Shown here: one piece after another, positions 12,374 through 26,870 of the stretch | How positions within the stretch are numbered: position 1 is the first letter of the stretch | How the letters are laid out: each line of letters opens with the position of its first letter | Assembly (NCBI GenBank): GCA_002633005.1 | Contig: NMRA01000032.1 | Span: 352,911 to 416,910, forward strand | DNA length: 64,000 bases | From: Phoronis australis | Lineage: Eukaryota; Animalia; Phoronida | Direction: 5' to 3' | The notes under the pieces: model-generated | Database searches by the model: none | Seen by the model: only the letters and a program-made list of their open reading frames with translations | What the model was told of the DNA's origin: nothing | Position numbers and translations under genes: made by a program

Positions 12374-15300
12374 TTTCATTGACCTTGTATACTTCAAAAA
12401 GCCTATTGCGTGTGACCTGCACCCATGATTTACGACCATCTGCAAAATTCTAGCCTGACTAGTTATCGCTCCAAGACCAAAATGTAGAACACATCTCAAT
12501 AATAATGACTTAATTTTGAGATATTCGTTCAACTCCACAATGGAAATTCAGTTCTCAAAATTTCAAAATTCATAAGACCATCTCCGCTAGTTTATCAGAC
12601 AATGTAATGTCGTAGATCTGAAAAAAGAATGATATAAACAGGAAGCGCATCTTATTTGCTTGAGTGCATGCAACTCCCAATGACAAGATTATTGCACAGA
12701 TCAAATATTTCTGAGTTCAATATTTACATAGAAAATGGTGGGGAAATTAACAGTCGCAGGGGATCACAAAAACCATGAATTAATGCAATAAATATGACAA
12801 TTCAATTCCCCTCAGAAATCACTGAATTGGAAAGCATCATAAACAAAGAATAAGACTTACTTCACAGACAGTATCAGGGGAAAAACGATAATTAATAATT
12901 TCCTCCATGTCCAAGATAGATTGTATTATATCATGTTTTGTCCGCCACCATGGTGATAAATTCACGTCACAGAAAAAACTCGTACTCCAAACCACAGCAC
13001 CAAAACGGCTAATACCAACAGTGTGTCTAGTCCAGAACTGTCACCAAAGGCTGAAGAGCCTATTGCACTTTGTGATCCAAAATTGAAACTAGCCCTGTTG
13101 ATATACAGAGATCCAGAACACCATGGAAGAACCACCACAACACCTCAATCAATTGTGAACATCACTGATGCAAGGCAGATAGCATTTGATAGCCTCATAA
13201 ATACATATCCATTATGCTACATAAGATTGTATAGTGTTATATAACACATCATTCCAACTACTCCTGGATAGCAGGACACTAGTTCATCAGTTCAGGGTGA
13301 GACATGTTGATGACCCTAACAAAACACTCATCCACCAGATCAACTGATGACAGGATGGTTTGTGGTGTGTTGGTGAGTGTACATCCAGTAATAGCTGGCT
13401 GGCAAAACAAACTTGCTTTCCACTAACAAACCACAACACAGAATGCCTGTGGTGACAGACCAGCCCACAGCCAAGTCAGCTGCAACCAGGCTTCTGAGGT
13501 TACCACAGAAACTGGCATCAAGCAAGCTAATATTGCCATAAAGTGTTTACACCAGATTAACATCCCAACATCCCCTGTTGGCATGAGAGAAGACTTCTCC
13601 AAAATAGCTCAGACCATTATGCGAGTCATTGAAATCCTTGAAGCTCTTATCCATATTAATGCCTTGTTATCATATATCCTTAGGCGCTCAAAAAGGTTAG
13701 AGGAATGAAATAGACTGTAAATAAATTAAACACGGCTACAATAAAGGATTATTAAAATTGGGGAATAGGCAAGGTATAGGTAGGTAAAAAACTATTTACC
13801 TTCAACAGGTAAACTTCAAAGTCAATAAATGTACAGGAAATTATCATTCGGACAACGAAACGACACAAAACTTATTACTATAATAAGTGGTCAAACAGAA
13901 ATACTCATTTAGACCAAAGAGATAGGTTGGAATCGACACCACTATGGAAAAACAAAGGTGATTAAATCCAACTAACGTGAATATACATATACCATGTATG
14001 AGCAATGGGGCACAATATATGGCTAACTTAAAAGTTGATCCAGACCCATGCAGAGTGACTCTTGGCCCCACTAATCAGAGCCCCCATGTTTGATATCTGT
14101 AATGAATGAAGTACACATTATCGTGCCCCTTCATTCAAACAAGACTACTGGTTCTGCCTCTGAGAACTCATTTCCTAACAGGGTTACATAACAGTTTGGA
14201 CAACCCAGTGGAATCTACCATTAAAATTTGTTCAGTCAACAACATTTTTCAAAAGAGTTGGCAATAAAACAGAATTTAAGCCCCTAGCTGTCAATGACCA
14301 TACCATTTTTAAACCATAGGTTTTAGGCTAAAATGAAGTTTGTATTTGTTATTTAGTCCTTAAGTGGACATTTCGTAATACATTCCCTATCCACAGTGAA
14401 CATATCAAATTAGCACCTGAAGGTCAGATTGACACATCTTATGCTATTTATAACTAAAGTGTTATTTCTTCTATTCAAAACACATGGAATAATAATAAAA
14501 TTAAGAGGTATCCTTGTCTGTGGAATCCGGCAGCAAATGCTACTTTCAATGGTGTTTAACCTAGGGTAAACTAGAAACAACTCAAGTTGTCATAAACTAG
14601 TTAATTTATTTTTTCTTTCTGCAAAGGAGGAGGACATGGTCTACAATGAATTATATCCCCTAAAATAAATTGCCAAGACTACCCATAAAGAGTGACAGCC
14701 AATAATTCAATTTAACTCTCTGAACTCAACAGACTGAGCCACCGCTTCCTTCAAGACAAGCGGAAACCATGCATATAATCTGAAATCTACGTCATAGCTA
14801 GCAAGTCTTTAGCTTCAGTGGTGTTAACCACTTAGCAACAGACACTTCTAAAATTGATAACACTGGCCAAGATGCTTCTTCAATAAAAACCAGACTTAAT
14901 TAAGTTCAAGACACCTGGCCTGAGGATTTACCATTTTACTTCAGCTACTCGTTGGAGTTAAACCTCATCATGTTTGGCTTTAACCACCTAATGGCATACT
15001 CTTCTAACTACCGATACCCAATTTGTACAGAGTTTAAGTGCCTAACCCGACTTCTCAAAAACTTTGTTTTTAAGCACCCATGCGCGGGTACCCTCACCTG
15101 GATTTTTTATTTCCCTTATATAAAGTGGCGGATCCAGGATGGCATAAAGGGGGTAGGGGCCCAACATTTTGTCTCGGGCAAGTGCGCAAAGGACGAGTGC
15201 ATGGGCGCACCCAGTCTAAAAAACAGCGGGGCCCGAATTCCCGCGGCTGTGGATCTCCTACTAAAAAACAATCGGAGGACTAAAAAACGACAACCATTGC

Positions 15301-16641
15301 GCTGGTGGTCTGAATCGGACACTTGCAATAGGGTCTGAGCCCCCCACCCCCCGTCAGCCGCATGTTAATTGCCGGGGTCGGACTCATTATTTCCTCACGC
15401 TCTTGCTGTTTTTTTACAGCAGCCAAAGGCGGGGGCCTATAATATAAAACCCTTAGCGGTAACCAGAACAAGTATGGAGTGTAGGAAAGGACATGTAGCT
15501 TGGAGGAATCAAAGTAGTCTGGCAGTTGACCCCTTGTTTACAGAATTTGTTTACACACAACAGTGCTCTCATTTCTTAAAAGAGACAGTCCTTCCAGGTG
15601 GTCCTCTAAAGAGCTAGAATAGATTAGCTAGATCACCAAGGACATTATAATGATAGGTCAAATTACAGTTATATGAGACTGGTCATGTTTCATCTTCAGG
15701 CAGAAATTCAATGAGACCAGGGTAGTAACATGATGGCCCTGGATTACAGGGACACTTAAATCTTCAGAATTTACCCACAAAGTTAAAACATCCGTCAAGC
15801 AGTTCTCTAGCCTTGTTTTCATGCCATTGGGTTTTTTCATGTTATTTGTTGGTGTCTTGATTTTTTCACGTTTTTCTCAAATGCAGCCTTTCAACGTCAG
15901 CAAAGTTTTATTGCTAAATGCTAAGGGCTGTAACTACGATGGAGAAAAGTTGCGTGGATAAACTTGAGAAATACGCGTGGATGAGATATTTTGATGGAAG
16001 GCGTGGCCCCTTCAAAAATATACCCTAGCAGAAAATTAACACTGACGTATTAAATATTGAAAAACCATGAATAGAAAATGGACAGGAAGTTTTCATCTCT
16101 CGCTGAGCAAAATGTACATGTAATTACGTTACTCAAGTTAAACTTAGCAAATGCCATGCAAAAGATAAATTACCGTGAAATTTCTAGTCAGTTTGCAATT
16201 ACTTGAATGTGGATGCAAATTGGCAGAAATACATCAGTCTAAATGCTAAACAAATAACCAAGAGCAATGAACCTTTAGTCCCTTTCCCACAGAGCTAACT
16301 CCACATCGCTGCCTCAGTGTTAACATTGGTTAACTGCGAAGTTAAGTGTTATCGTACCCATCAGCTTCGGAGTTATTCAGACACATAATTCAGCACAGTA
16401 ATCGCAAGGTGGCCCAGTATCAACTCATCTAAAGAAAGGTGGTAGCCCTATGGCCTATGGCAGGAACTCGTTTTACGTAGGTTGAGTGATTTTTTGGTAA
16501 TGTAAAGAATCTAGCACAATTTACACAGATAAATTGAAACAGAGTGCTCTTACTTGCAATTCCTGTGGTTACAGATCATGTGACCGCTTACGCTCCTACT
16601 TTCCCACACGATAGGCCTGGGTGAAGAGTACGATCTACCAG

Positions 16642-17131
16642 AACTCAATTTGAACTCCCAGTTTTGAACTGAAGTGTGAGTACATTTTTGGATTATCCTG
16701 TTCTCTTAGAGTCTGATTCACGATAACTCAATTTGAACTCCCAGTTTTGAACTGAAGTATGAGTACATTTTTGCATTATCCTGTTCTCTTAGAGTCTGAT
16801 TCACGATAACTCAATTTGAACTCCCAGTTTTGAACTGAAGTGTGAGTAAATTTTTGGATCATCCTGTAGTGTTAGAGTCTGATCCACGATAACTCAATTT
16901 GAACTCCCAGTTTTGAACTGAAGTCTGAGTACATTTTTGGATCATCCTGTACTGTTAGAGTCTGATCCACGAGAACTCAATTTGAACTCCCAGTTTTGAA
17001 CTGAAGTGTGAGTACATTTTTGAATCATCCTGTACAGTGTTAGAGTCTGATCCACCGGAACTCAATTTGAACTCCCTGTTTTGAATTGAAATGTGTGGCT
17101 GAGTAGATTTTTGGATCATCCTGTACTGTTA
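16642..17131. repeat. 83-bp minisatellite, ~6 units
   Basis: Unit aactcaatttgaactcccagttttgaactgaag... starts at 16642, 16725, 16808, 16891, 16974, 17059. Confidence 0.95.
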
Positions 17132-18499
17132 CAGTTACGCTTGAAGTGCTGGCGCAAAACTATACCACAATGTTCAGCAACATCTAAAGCACATTTACCA
17201 AAGGTATATAGTAATCCATACAATAACCTAATCAACAATTTATCATACCACTTTTAACAATGATTTATATATTTTTGTGTCTTTTTACATTTTGAAAAGG
17301 TTCTAATCTATTTTTCCAAAGTCATTTGTTCACAGAATCCATTTCAGTCAGGCCTGATTCACAGCTTCCAAAAGTCTTTCTGTGTCCTAAATTGAACTTT
17401 CAAACCAGCTTTACTTAGGTTCAAGAAGATTAGCAAGAAGTTGGTTTAACTTTCACACCAGCTTTGGTACAGAAGTTAGCGCATACCAAAGTTACCAGTT
17501 GACATGTGAGTCATCAAATTTATTCCAAGACCGTGTTCCAAAAAATGTTATGCAGGCGTAGTTCTTTAATTTAAAGAATTGTATACATGGTGAGATAATA
17601 AATGAAATTTTCAAAGTAGTAGAATGATGAATAAATTATACCACATTTAACCATTCATACCAAACGATACTTCCAAAAACATCCACGCATCAACGTTGGT
17701 ATGAAAACAGTCCCTAAAGAATTGGTTGATGGGCTGATAAGAATTATTAAGCACTTTAGTGTTCAGTCATATGCCACAGAACTAATGAATCATGATGACT
17801 GACAAAAGTAATTGAATTTCTACTGATTACAGTCATTATAAATTAAACCAGTGCCACTCAAATCTAATGAAACTTCTTGCTGGTCAATCATCACACTGNC
17901 TGACGTATTAAATATTGAAAAACCATGAATAGAAAATGGACAGGAAGTTTTCATCTCTCGCTGAGCAAAATGTACATGTAATTACGTTACTCAAGTTAAA
18001 CTTAGCAAATGCCATGCAAAAGATAAATTACCGTGAAATTTCTAGTCAGTTTGCAATTACTTGAATGTGGATGCAAATTGGCAGAAATACATCAGTCTAA
18101 ATGCTAAACAAATAACCAAGAGCAATGAACCTTTAGTCCCTTTCCCACAGAGCTAACTCCACATCGCTGCCTCAGTGTTAACATTGGTTAACTGCGAAGT
18201 TAAGTGTTATCGTATCCATCAGCTTCGGAGTTATTCAGACACATAATTCAGCACAGTAATCGCAAGGTGGCCCAGTATCAACTCATCTAATGAAAGGTGG
18301 TAGCCCTATGGCCTATGGCAGGAACTCGTTTTACATAGGTTGAGTGATTTTTTGGTAATGTAAAGGATCTAGCACAATTTACACAGATAAATTGAAACAG
18401 AGTGCTCTTACTTGCAGTTCCTGTGGTTACAGATCATGTGACCGCTTACGCTCCTACTTTCCCACACGATAGGCCTGGGTGAAGAGTATGATCTACCAG

Positions 18500-19063
18500 A
18501 ACTCAATTTGAACTCCCAGTTTTGAACTGAAGTGTGAGTACATTTTTGTATTATCCTGTTCTCTTAGAGTCTGATCCACGATAACTCAATTTGAACTCCC
18601 AGTTTTGAACTGAAGTCTGAGTACATTTTTGGATTATCCTGTTCTCTTAGAGTCTGATTCACGATAACTCAATTTGAACTCCCAGTTTTGAACTGAAGTC
18701 TGAGTACATTTTTGGATCATCCTGTTCTGTTAGAGTCTGATCCACGATAACTCAATTTGAACTCCCAGTGTTGAACTGAAGTCTGAGTATATTTTTGGAT
18801 CATCCTGTACTGTTAGAGACTGATCCACGATAGCTCAATTTGAACTCCCAGTTTTGAACTGAAGTGTGAGTACATTTTGGATCATCCTGTTCTGTCAGAG
18901 TCTGATCCCAGATAACTCAATTTGAACTCCCAGTTTTGAATTGAAGTGTGAGTAGATTTTTGGATCATCCTGTACTGTTAGAGTTTGATCCACGGGAACT
19001 CAATTTGAACTCCCAGTTTTGAACTGAAGTGTGAGTACATTTTTGGATCATCCTGTACTGTTA
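18500..19063. repeat. 83-bp minisatellite, ~7 units (second copy or allele)
   Basis: Unit starts at 18500, 18583, 18666, 18749, 18832, 18914, 18997. Confidence 0.95.
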
Positions 19064-19983
19064 CAGTTACGCTTGAAGTGCTGGCGCAAAACTATACCAT
19101 CATGTTGACAGCAACATCTAAAGCACATTTACCAGAGGTATATAGTAATCCATACAATAACATACCGTTATCAACAATTAATCATACCACTTTTAACAAT
19201 GATTTATCAATTTGTTTTGTCTTTTTACATTTTGTAAAGGGTTCTAATCTATTTTTCCAAAGTCATTTGTTCACAGAGTCCATTTCAGTCAGGCCTGATT
19301 CACAGCTTCCAAAAGTCTTTCTGTGTCCTTAAATTGAACTTTCAAACCAGCTTTACTCAGGTTCAAGAAGAGGATTAGTAAGAAGTTGGTTTAACTTTCA
19401 CACCAGCTTTGGTACAGAAGTTAGCGCACACCAAAATTACCAGTTGACCTTTGAGTCGTCAAATTTATTCCAAGACCGTGTTCCAAAAAATGTTATGCAG
19501 GTGTAGTTCTTTAATTTAAAGAATTGTATGCATGGTGAGATTATAAATGAAATTTTCAAAGTAGTAGAATGGTGAATAAATTATACCACATTTAACCATT
19601 CATACCAAACGATACTTCCAAAAACATCCACGCATCAACGTTGGTATGAAAACAGTCCCTAAAGAATTGGTTGATGGGCTGATAAGAATTATTAAGCACT
19701 TTAGTGTTCAGTCATATGCCACAGAACTAATGAATCATGATGACTGACAAAAGTAATTGAATTTCTACTGATTACAGTCATTATAAATTAAACCAGTGCC
19801 ACTCAAATTTAATGAAACTTCTTGCTGGTCAATCAACACACTGAATCTGATGAGGGCAAGTTGTAGCTGAGGAACACTTGACACCACGCAAGTTGTCAAG
19901 ACGCGAGCTACTCCACTTCAGTCGCATTTACCCAAGAGACTAAGTCACAGAGCAACTAACACAGAACAGCTCATCGAGAACAA

Positions 19984-20006
19984 GTGTGTGTGTGTGTATG
20001 TGTGTG

Positions 20007-20048
<42 letters not shown>
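19984..20048. repeat. (GT)n microsatellite
   Basis: Directly visible, ~32 units with two interruptions. Confidence 0.98.
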
Positions 20049-20049
<1 letters not shown>

Positions 20050-22972
20050 CCCCGCGCATGCATGTGTGCGCGCACTCAGTGACACAAGCAAGCACAAAAC
20101 GATGATCCCTTCTGCCTCGCTCCAGTTTATGTTTAAATGTGTAGTTGACACCAGAACAACTAGCTCTATCACTCAAACCAGTGACAAAAATCATCGCCGG
20201 GGTGTCGCCTTGCTCCGTCCATGTTTAATACATACACGCACCCAATCAGCTGCCTCATATCAGCTGCTCTGTGTCCAGTACTGCTCAAAAATGCAACTTG
20301 CCATCACCTAGTTACATAACTAAGAAACATCGGAACCAACAGATTTTCCAAACTTTAGGAATTAGGTACCTCCATTTTCAAGAGGCAGTAAACAGTTAGG
20401 CCCTGTCACTCATTCTCAGAACATATGAGCCCTTTTCAACATATCTTTAATAAAACTGGCAACTTCGACCAAAAATGTGCCTCGCATACAACACTGTCTA
20501 CTCAAAATGTTGGCCCTTATCAGTTCCTTTTTGTATTTTTGTGTTTTCGAAGGCGAACTGAGAACTACACAATATAAGCCATGTATTAAACAGATGCCAC
20601 GTTTTACACAGCATTGTACTACTCCACTCAAACTCAGAGGGAGTAACCTGTGTAAAATTCTCACCCCGTTTAGTGTGACTGCGCCCTATGTACAAAATCC
20701 ACTATGTCAAATCCTACACCTGAGCTACATTATTCTGTGTTCTTAGATAGAATTCTTACAAAGCCACGTAAACACAAATGGTGGAATTCTAGAGCAACTA
20801 TTACAGAACATCCACGTTCAGCTTAACACTCACATCCGAACTTTCCAAATTACACTTTTCATGCTAGGTGGGCCAGATTAGCGAATTTAAGTTTTCAAAA
20901 CGTACGAAATTTACATACTATAATTCTCCTCATACTTAACAAACTTGCCTCATTTTGCACACCCAAATTAGGAAAACTAATGTTTGTATCTCACTTGCAT
21001 GAGGCTACTTGGTGGGAATTTCTTGCCCCACCTAATTCATACATGGTAAGTTTTGTGTTTTGGAAAATATGAATGCAAAATCTTGTCAATACAACCTCTT
21101 TAATTGCATTAATAAGGTCTGAACATTGTATATACAAATGTATATGTAAATGTATGTGTATATGTATGTATATATAATCACCATGTAATTCAACCATTCG
21201 TAAGGGATACCTCAAGCTGTTGAAAACACAAAGTGAAAAGATGAGTATGGAGTCTCTTAGAGTCGTATTTTCAAAAGAGTGTTTCGCCAATGATGGGGCA
21301 AAGTACTCTTGCACTGGAACAGCATAAAGTAACTTAGGTGAGATATTGCGCTAAATTTCTTTGAATTTTCCTTAAAAATGTCATAAGCTATTAATATGAA
21401 ATTTTGCACAAAGACGAAACATCAACTTAAGACATAGATTTTTTTTATTGACATCGGCTCATAATGTTGGCAACTGTGACACAAAATGCACAAAGGTGGA
21501 TCTTGATAACGCAGCCTAAAAAAGTAATGACTGTTAATTGGCAACCAAGAGGCCACATTTCATTAAATTCGCTTAGTGACGATCAGAAGGCAATTCTTAG
21601 TTACTCAGTTAATTTCACAAACCCATCAACTACAAAGTCTGTAAATTGAATATTTGGCACACCCTGACTATCACGAAATATGGATTTATTTTGTACCAGA
21701 TAAGATGAGAAATGACGTGACATTCTATTTAGATTCTTACACGTGAAGTCCGATGCTAATATAACTTTTAGAGCATTAACAGTTTAGTTGAGTGCCCACC
21801 ATCAACTTCTGAAAAGTTTCGCCCTTGTTCGGCTTAACATCCATCGCCTGATTTTTTAATTAACCTCTTTAAGCACCCTCGCCAAATACCGTGACACGCA
21901 AATGCAGATTCTATGAAACTAAATTACTCTATTTAGGCATGCCATTTATGTGTTGATTTCTGCCATTTCTCCATTTTTTCTAGTCCATGTCTCTGTCACT
22001 GTAATTAGCTCTCAAGTCTTATCCACCCAGATGCTGATCATAAAAAACATTTCCAGGAAACATAATACTTGCAAAGATAATTCTACATAATGGCTTGCCT
22101 GAGGAGGTAGACACAACATTCTCAAGCCAGGTATAACTATTCCTCTAATCCACTTTCAAAATAAACACATCTCCTTGGAAACAAATTGCCTATAAACAAG
22201 GTGATGCAGTACAAGATAGAAATTAACAATATCACTGAAAGCAAATGCAGCTGTCGCATAAACAGTTGAAATTGCCGTATAGAACTTTCCTTTTGGTAGG
22301 AAAACGCGTTGAATCATTGGCCTCATTTAGGTAACGTCTATCTGATTCTGGGGATGATGTCTGAAAAAAACTAGCATCCCCGAATGCTTAATCCAACTTT
22401 TTATCATCCGAGATGCAGCCCACAGCTGGGCATTAAAACTGTGCTGGCACTGGCAAGTCGAACCAGGTAATGCAGCCGAGAAAAACAAGGCAACAACAAA
22501 CTACATGAGAAATTCCAATGGCGTGAAAATGAGGTTGAAAAAGTGATTGAAGAATATTGCAGCATTGAGAGAAAATAGTGCAAGGTACAAGTTTCGATGA
22601 GCAATTTGGGAGAGACGTATTTCACACAATGGTTTCTATGTTTGAAATTAGCAATTGGAATGGGAATAGATCCAGACAGTAGTTGCTCCTGAGGATATGG
22701 TTTTCCTCCTTCATCATGGTGTCTATTCATTGGACACTTTGAAATTCCAAGGACAACCTGAATGAATACCCCAACATATCAGTTTCCACAAAAATAATTT
22801 GCAAATAGGCATTCTATTTCAGCAAGTTTACACTTAGTCAAAATGTTTAACTTATTTTTATGAATATTTATGAGCCAGTTTCCAGTTTCAAGATTCCTTT
22901 CAAAATGAACTATGAACTTAGAAATAATGTCAATATTTCATAGATGATTTTTCAGTTTTAACTGAAACAAAA

Positions 22973-23468
22973 GGCCCTTTCATACTGACTTCACTCAGCC
23001 GTGAGCAGAGGTTCGACATAAACTGTGAGGTCAACTGAACCGTTCATACTGGCTTCGGTAGTTAACGGGCATCGAAGTAAACGGCATGTGACAAAGTCAT
23101 CGAAGTAATCACAAGGTAGCGCTGATGCATCCCATGCATGCTAACATATTTTTGAATGTTACAATTTGGGAACATTTACACATACTAATTGACTCAAAAC
23201 TTGTTCTAATGCAATTGGTGATTATTTGAGCAAAATATAACCAACTACTAGCGACAACACTGCCCTTTAATTGTCGATGATAATAGTGGCCCTGGCAATA
23301 ACTTTGATAGGACCGTAGTTGACCGTTCATACTGCTCTGCTATTAAATACACCTGTTTACTGCAAAGTTAACTGACACTGTTAACTTCAATCCCGGACCA
23401 AAGATAACCGTTCATGCGGACCACAACTTCCAAAAACTTTGGCGTGTCAATATTAGCATGAAAGGTCC
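22973..23468 (+). mobile_element. ~500-bp PIF/Harbinger-like MITE
   Basis: TIRs ggccctttcatact / agcatgaaaggtcc; whole length aligns to the reverse complement of 28029-28535. Confidence 0.8.
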
Positions 23469-26400
23469 TAAAGAATGGTGAAAATTCTACTTGCAATCTG
23501 ATTTTGAATAATGAAATTCCGACGGCCAATACATTTTTCTTCCATGATTCAATTTCAGGATCATACTGATATTGTATCCAATCACAAAGTGCCATCTAAA
23601 CACTAATCTGCTAGGTTGAAAAGTTGTACATCATTCCCGTCCACGGCTACCAGAAATTTTATGGAGATATTGTCTTGTTGATTCGTTGTTCCTTGTGATT
23701 ACTTTTCACAGCAGCATCTATAGTTAGACACTTTTTGATTAGCTGTGTGGCAGCCAATAAGAACTGCGCTGAGATCTGAAACTCGCAAAAAGGAATATTG
23801 ACTGAGTGTTCATGATTCCTAGATCTGGTCTAGATTGAAAATATTGGAACAATTGTCATTTAACTTTTCATAGTTTAATTTTAATTGAATCTTGAAATGT
23901 TAGCCACAATTGAGTCCTAGTTTTAACATGTATTACAAAATTCTCCATGAAACACAATTGCCAAAATTGCTATTTTTCAAAGACCAGCTTCCTTGCTACA
24001 ACCATTAAAAAAATTTTTAAATCTTGTATTGTGACTGCAGTAAAACTGATTAAAAAGAATTTTCTTTGTAATTTTTTAAGAATCTGAACAAAATAAAATC
24101 AGCCACTTCCATCATAGCTGTGCTAAATACAGGAGAAATGACTGTAATTTAACCTGCATTAGTACAAGTGGTAGTGTGAATGCAAACCTGCCGACAACAC
24201 AGAAGTAATTACCAGCTGTGCACTTGAACATATGAGTGTCTAATCCTGTTTGCACCATATTTGTCCCACAGTGCTCAACTGAACAAGGGTAAGTTGCTCT
24301 ATAGCAAGTTGTTCTAGGGGAACCCATTGTGTGGACCCGTGGAAGACAGTCACTGCAATGAACTCACCAAAAGTCCAATTTCTTAAGAAGTGACTAATCT
24401 TGCAATATTTCAAACTCATTGCGTAGGTTTTCAAATTCGACGCTTCGAGGCCAAACTCGCCACGGCAAAATTCAAACTCGACGCAATGACGAGTCAAAAC
24501 AGGTTGTGGAGAACACTATAGTGGTCCACAAGTTGTATGCAATTTCTCCCAAGTCAGCCCCAGCGAAACCACACATGTTCTATTTCAATTGGCAAGTCCT
24601 ATTTCACTTTCTGGTCACTTTCCAACAAGTATTAGTGCCCACACATTTCGATCAGTCCAATATGAGTAGTAATGATCATATTCGACTTCTCCAGAGTCAA
24701 TCAAAAATCAGCCCCAGCATAAATGGACAAGTTATATATAAGACAACTTTTTAACTTGAAAAGTTGAGTCGGTACACCTGTCTACACACTCGGATTACCG
24801 GTAGTCGTATTCGATATTTGGATTAGTCATATAAAACTAATCAAAATGCGTAGACTGGGGTCAGTGAGGACATATTGGGACAAATAATGTCTAGTTGGAA
24901 TCATAGCTACATGCCGCTTTGTCTGTGTGTTTACCTGGAGTAAGTGTACATCTAGTTTAGAAACCATCTGTGATGAGTTTACCTTTTCGTTAGCAGATAA
25001 ACCAATATTGTAGGCAGGCTGCCCTTTTACTTCAGGGCATGCACAATGGCAGTCAGTCAAAACTCCTGCATGGCGTTCCAGTATGCTAAGAGCAGCCTCT
25101 AAACTCCAAAAATAGCGTGAGTTCTAAATAATATACCTTGGAACTGTAGAAAAAAACACCAAACAAATACCAGAATGCAGAAAAATGACCACATTTTTTC
25201 CCATTTTCAATGAAAAATAGCTCCTTGTCATAAAAATGGCTTAAATGTTCATAGTGCTGAAAACGCTCTAGGTGCTTGTACTCTGTAATCTCTCGTAATG
25301 CCAATGGAATGAGAATCCCAAGTCAGTCCACTATTTAGGACTCGGTGACAAAATCAATTTGTTTGCAGATTTAGTATGCAAACACTAGAATGAAAAGCTA
25401 GCTAATGTTTAACACCTTCCAAGTGAAGACAGACAAGGTGAGCCATGAGACCAGGTAGCACTAAGGAAGTATTTAGCAAGCTGGTCGCAATCTCATCTCA
25501 GTGATAAACTAAGATCTGAATACAGGAGTTAATAGAGCAAAGGAGCGGATTCTTGGTTGGAAATCTATGTGGGGTTGGCCACAATTAAAAAGCGTATCCT
25601 CATAATCCAGATAATTCACCTACAAAACTTTCTGGATGTTTGATCAGAATATGAATAACAATAAACATCAGATCAACATGAACTTTGTTACAAATTACAA
25701 CTGAGCCACAGAGAAATTGATTTTCCAAGCCCACTATTTACAGCCAAAACATCGCCCATGTTGCATTAACTCTGGGCGCATGTTTTGCTTGGTGCTCACA
25801 CAATAACTAATTAACCTGACTATCGTCAAAGCACGCCTAGCTATATCCTTCAGTATGCATTAGTCTTGTGACTGACATTTCACTCCAACTGTCATTTCAC
25901 ATACAGGACATTTGGCATGTAAAAATGCTACGCGTCTCACTCTCAACTCAATTCAACACAGACATTGATTTTCGCAAAAACGTCTGTCAGTTTTTTATAT
26001 TGATGTAATGAGAATGTCTACTGAATTATATAGACTCACCAAATACAATGCCTCATCCATGGCAGCTAGCTGCTTTATGTGTCAAGGAAAGGTACACAAG
26101 GGCAGGCGAGAACTTTATTGGCAAACGCCTGGTAAAAACAAACAGTATAATCCGTCCACCAACCACTCCACAGTTGGGGGTCAGCCACTTGAGGTCCGTA
26201 GAACTTGCTCTGCGCAAATAATTGGTCACACCGTTGTGACGTATGCTTCAAGCACACCTGTGTAATTGTTTCGTCTGATTATTATAACAGCGACAAATGA
26301 ATCCAATGCGTTGCCTGTGACTATAGCAACGCAATGTCAAAACAATGTAAAGTTCAGAGTTTGATACAAATCCAGCCAAAATCGTTTAATAGCTGCTTAA

Positions 26401-26555
26401 CTACCCAAGAATTATCTCAAGTGGTTACTGAAACAGCTACCAAATGGCCAGGATCTAGTCTCATCTGTAGATTGTCTGAGCAACATGTAAGGGTTACATG
26501 GCTACACTCTCATTTTCATCAGCCATACATTCACTACAAGAGTTATGTTCTTTAT

Positions 26556-26870
26556 CCTGGGGGTACTCCCAGAGAAGGTCATGTGGGACTTGCCATCCAG
26601 ATGGATGGATTTTTCATTGCCTGAGGGTGCCTTTTCTTATTAAATTTCCGATGGAAGGGTGCCTTTCTGAATTAAATCCCTACAAAAGGGGCCAATTTGC
26701 AAGTGAAAAAAAACAAAAGGGTTACGCGACAGGAACAAGACTCTGCAAAAGGTGGCTTCTTTCATGAAAGCTCCCAATGAACGGCCACTTCTTTTCAGGT
26801 GGGTAAAGTGTCCCATTTTCGCAGCTGCACACCTCATCAAAAGTAGTTGAATACCCCCCTTCCTCCCCAG
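26556..26870. mobile_element. Non-autonomous DNA element with GGGGGTACTC / GAATACCCCC ends
   Basis: cctgggggtactc at left, gaataccccccttcctccccag at right form degenerate TIRs. Confidence 0.5.

Larger units (their letters stand above)
16042..19843. repeat. Tandem near-identical duplication (16042-17898 and 17900-19843) joined by a single N at 17899; probable allelic assembly artefact
   Basis: Both copies start ctgacgtattaaatattg and end cacactg; they differ by SNPs, small indels and minisatellite copy number. Confidence 0.9.

Noticed and set aside
16642-19063. Regular repeat array that could be mistaken for CRISPR
   Set aside because: Whole 83-bp units repeat with no unique spacers, no cas genes, eukaryotic intron; it is a minisatellite.
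19940-20311. ORFs with HT/CV dipeptide runs (also 42757-43027)
   Set aside because: Translation of (GT)n and (GCGT)n microsatellites.
22420-22770. Coding-like stretch including AIGMGID, reminiscent of a RecQ-type helicase motif
   Set aside because: Multiple stops and frame changes, no neighbouring helicase motifs; needs TBLASTX to support.
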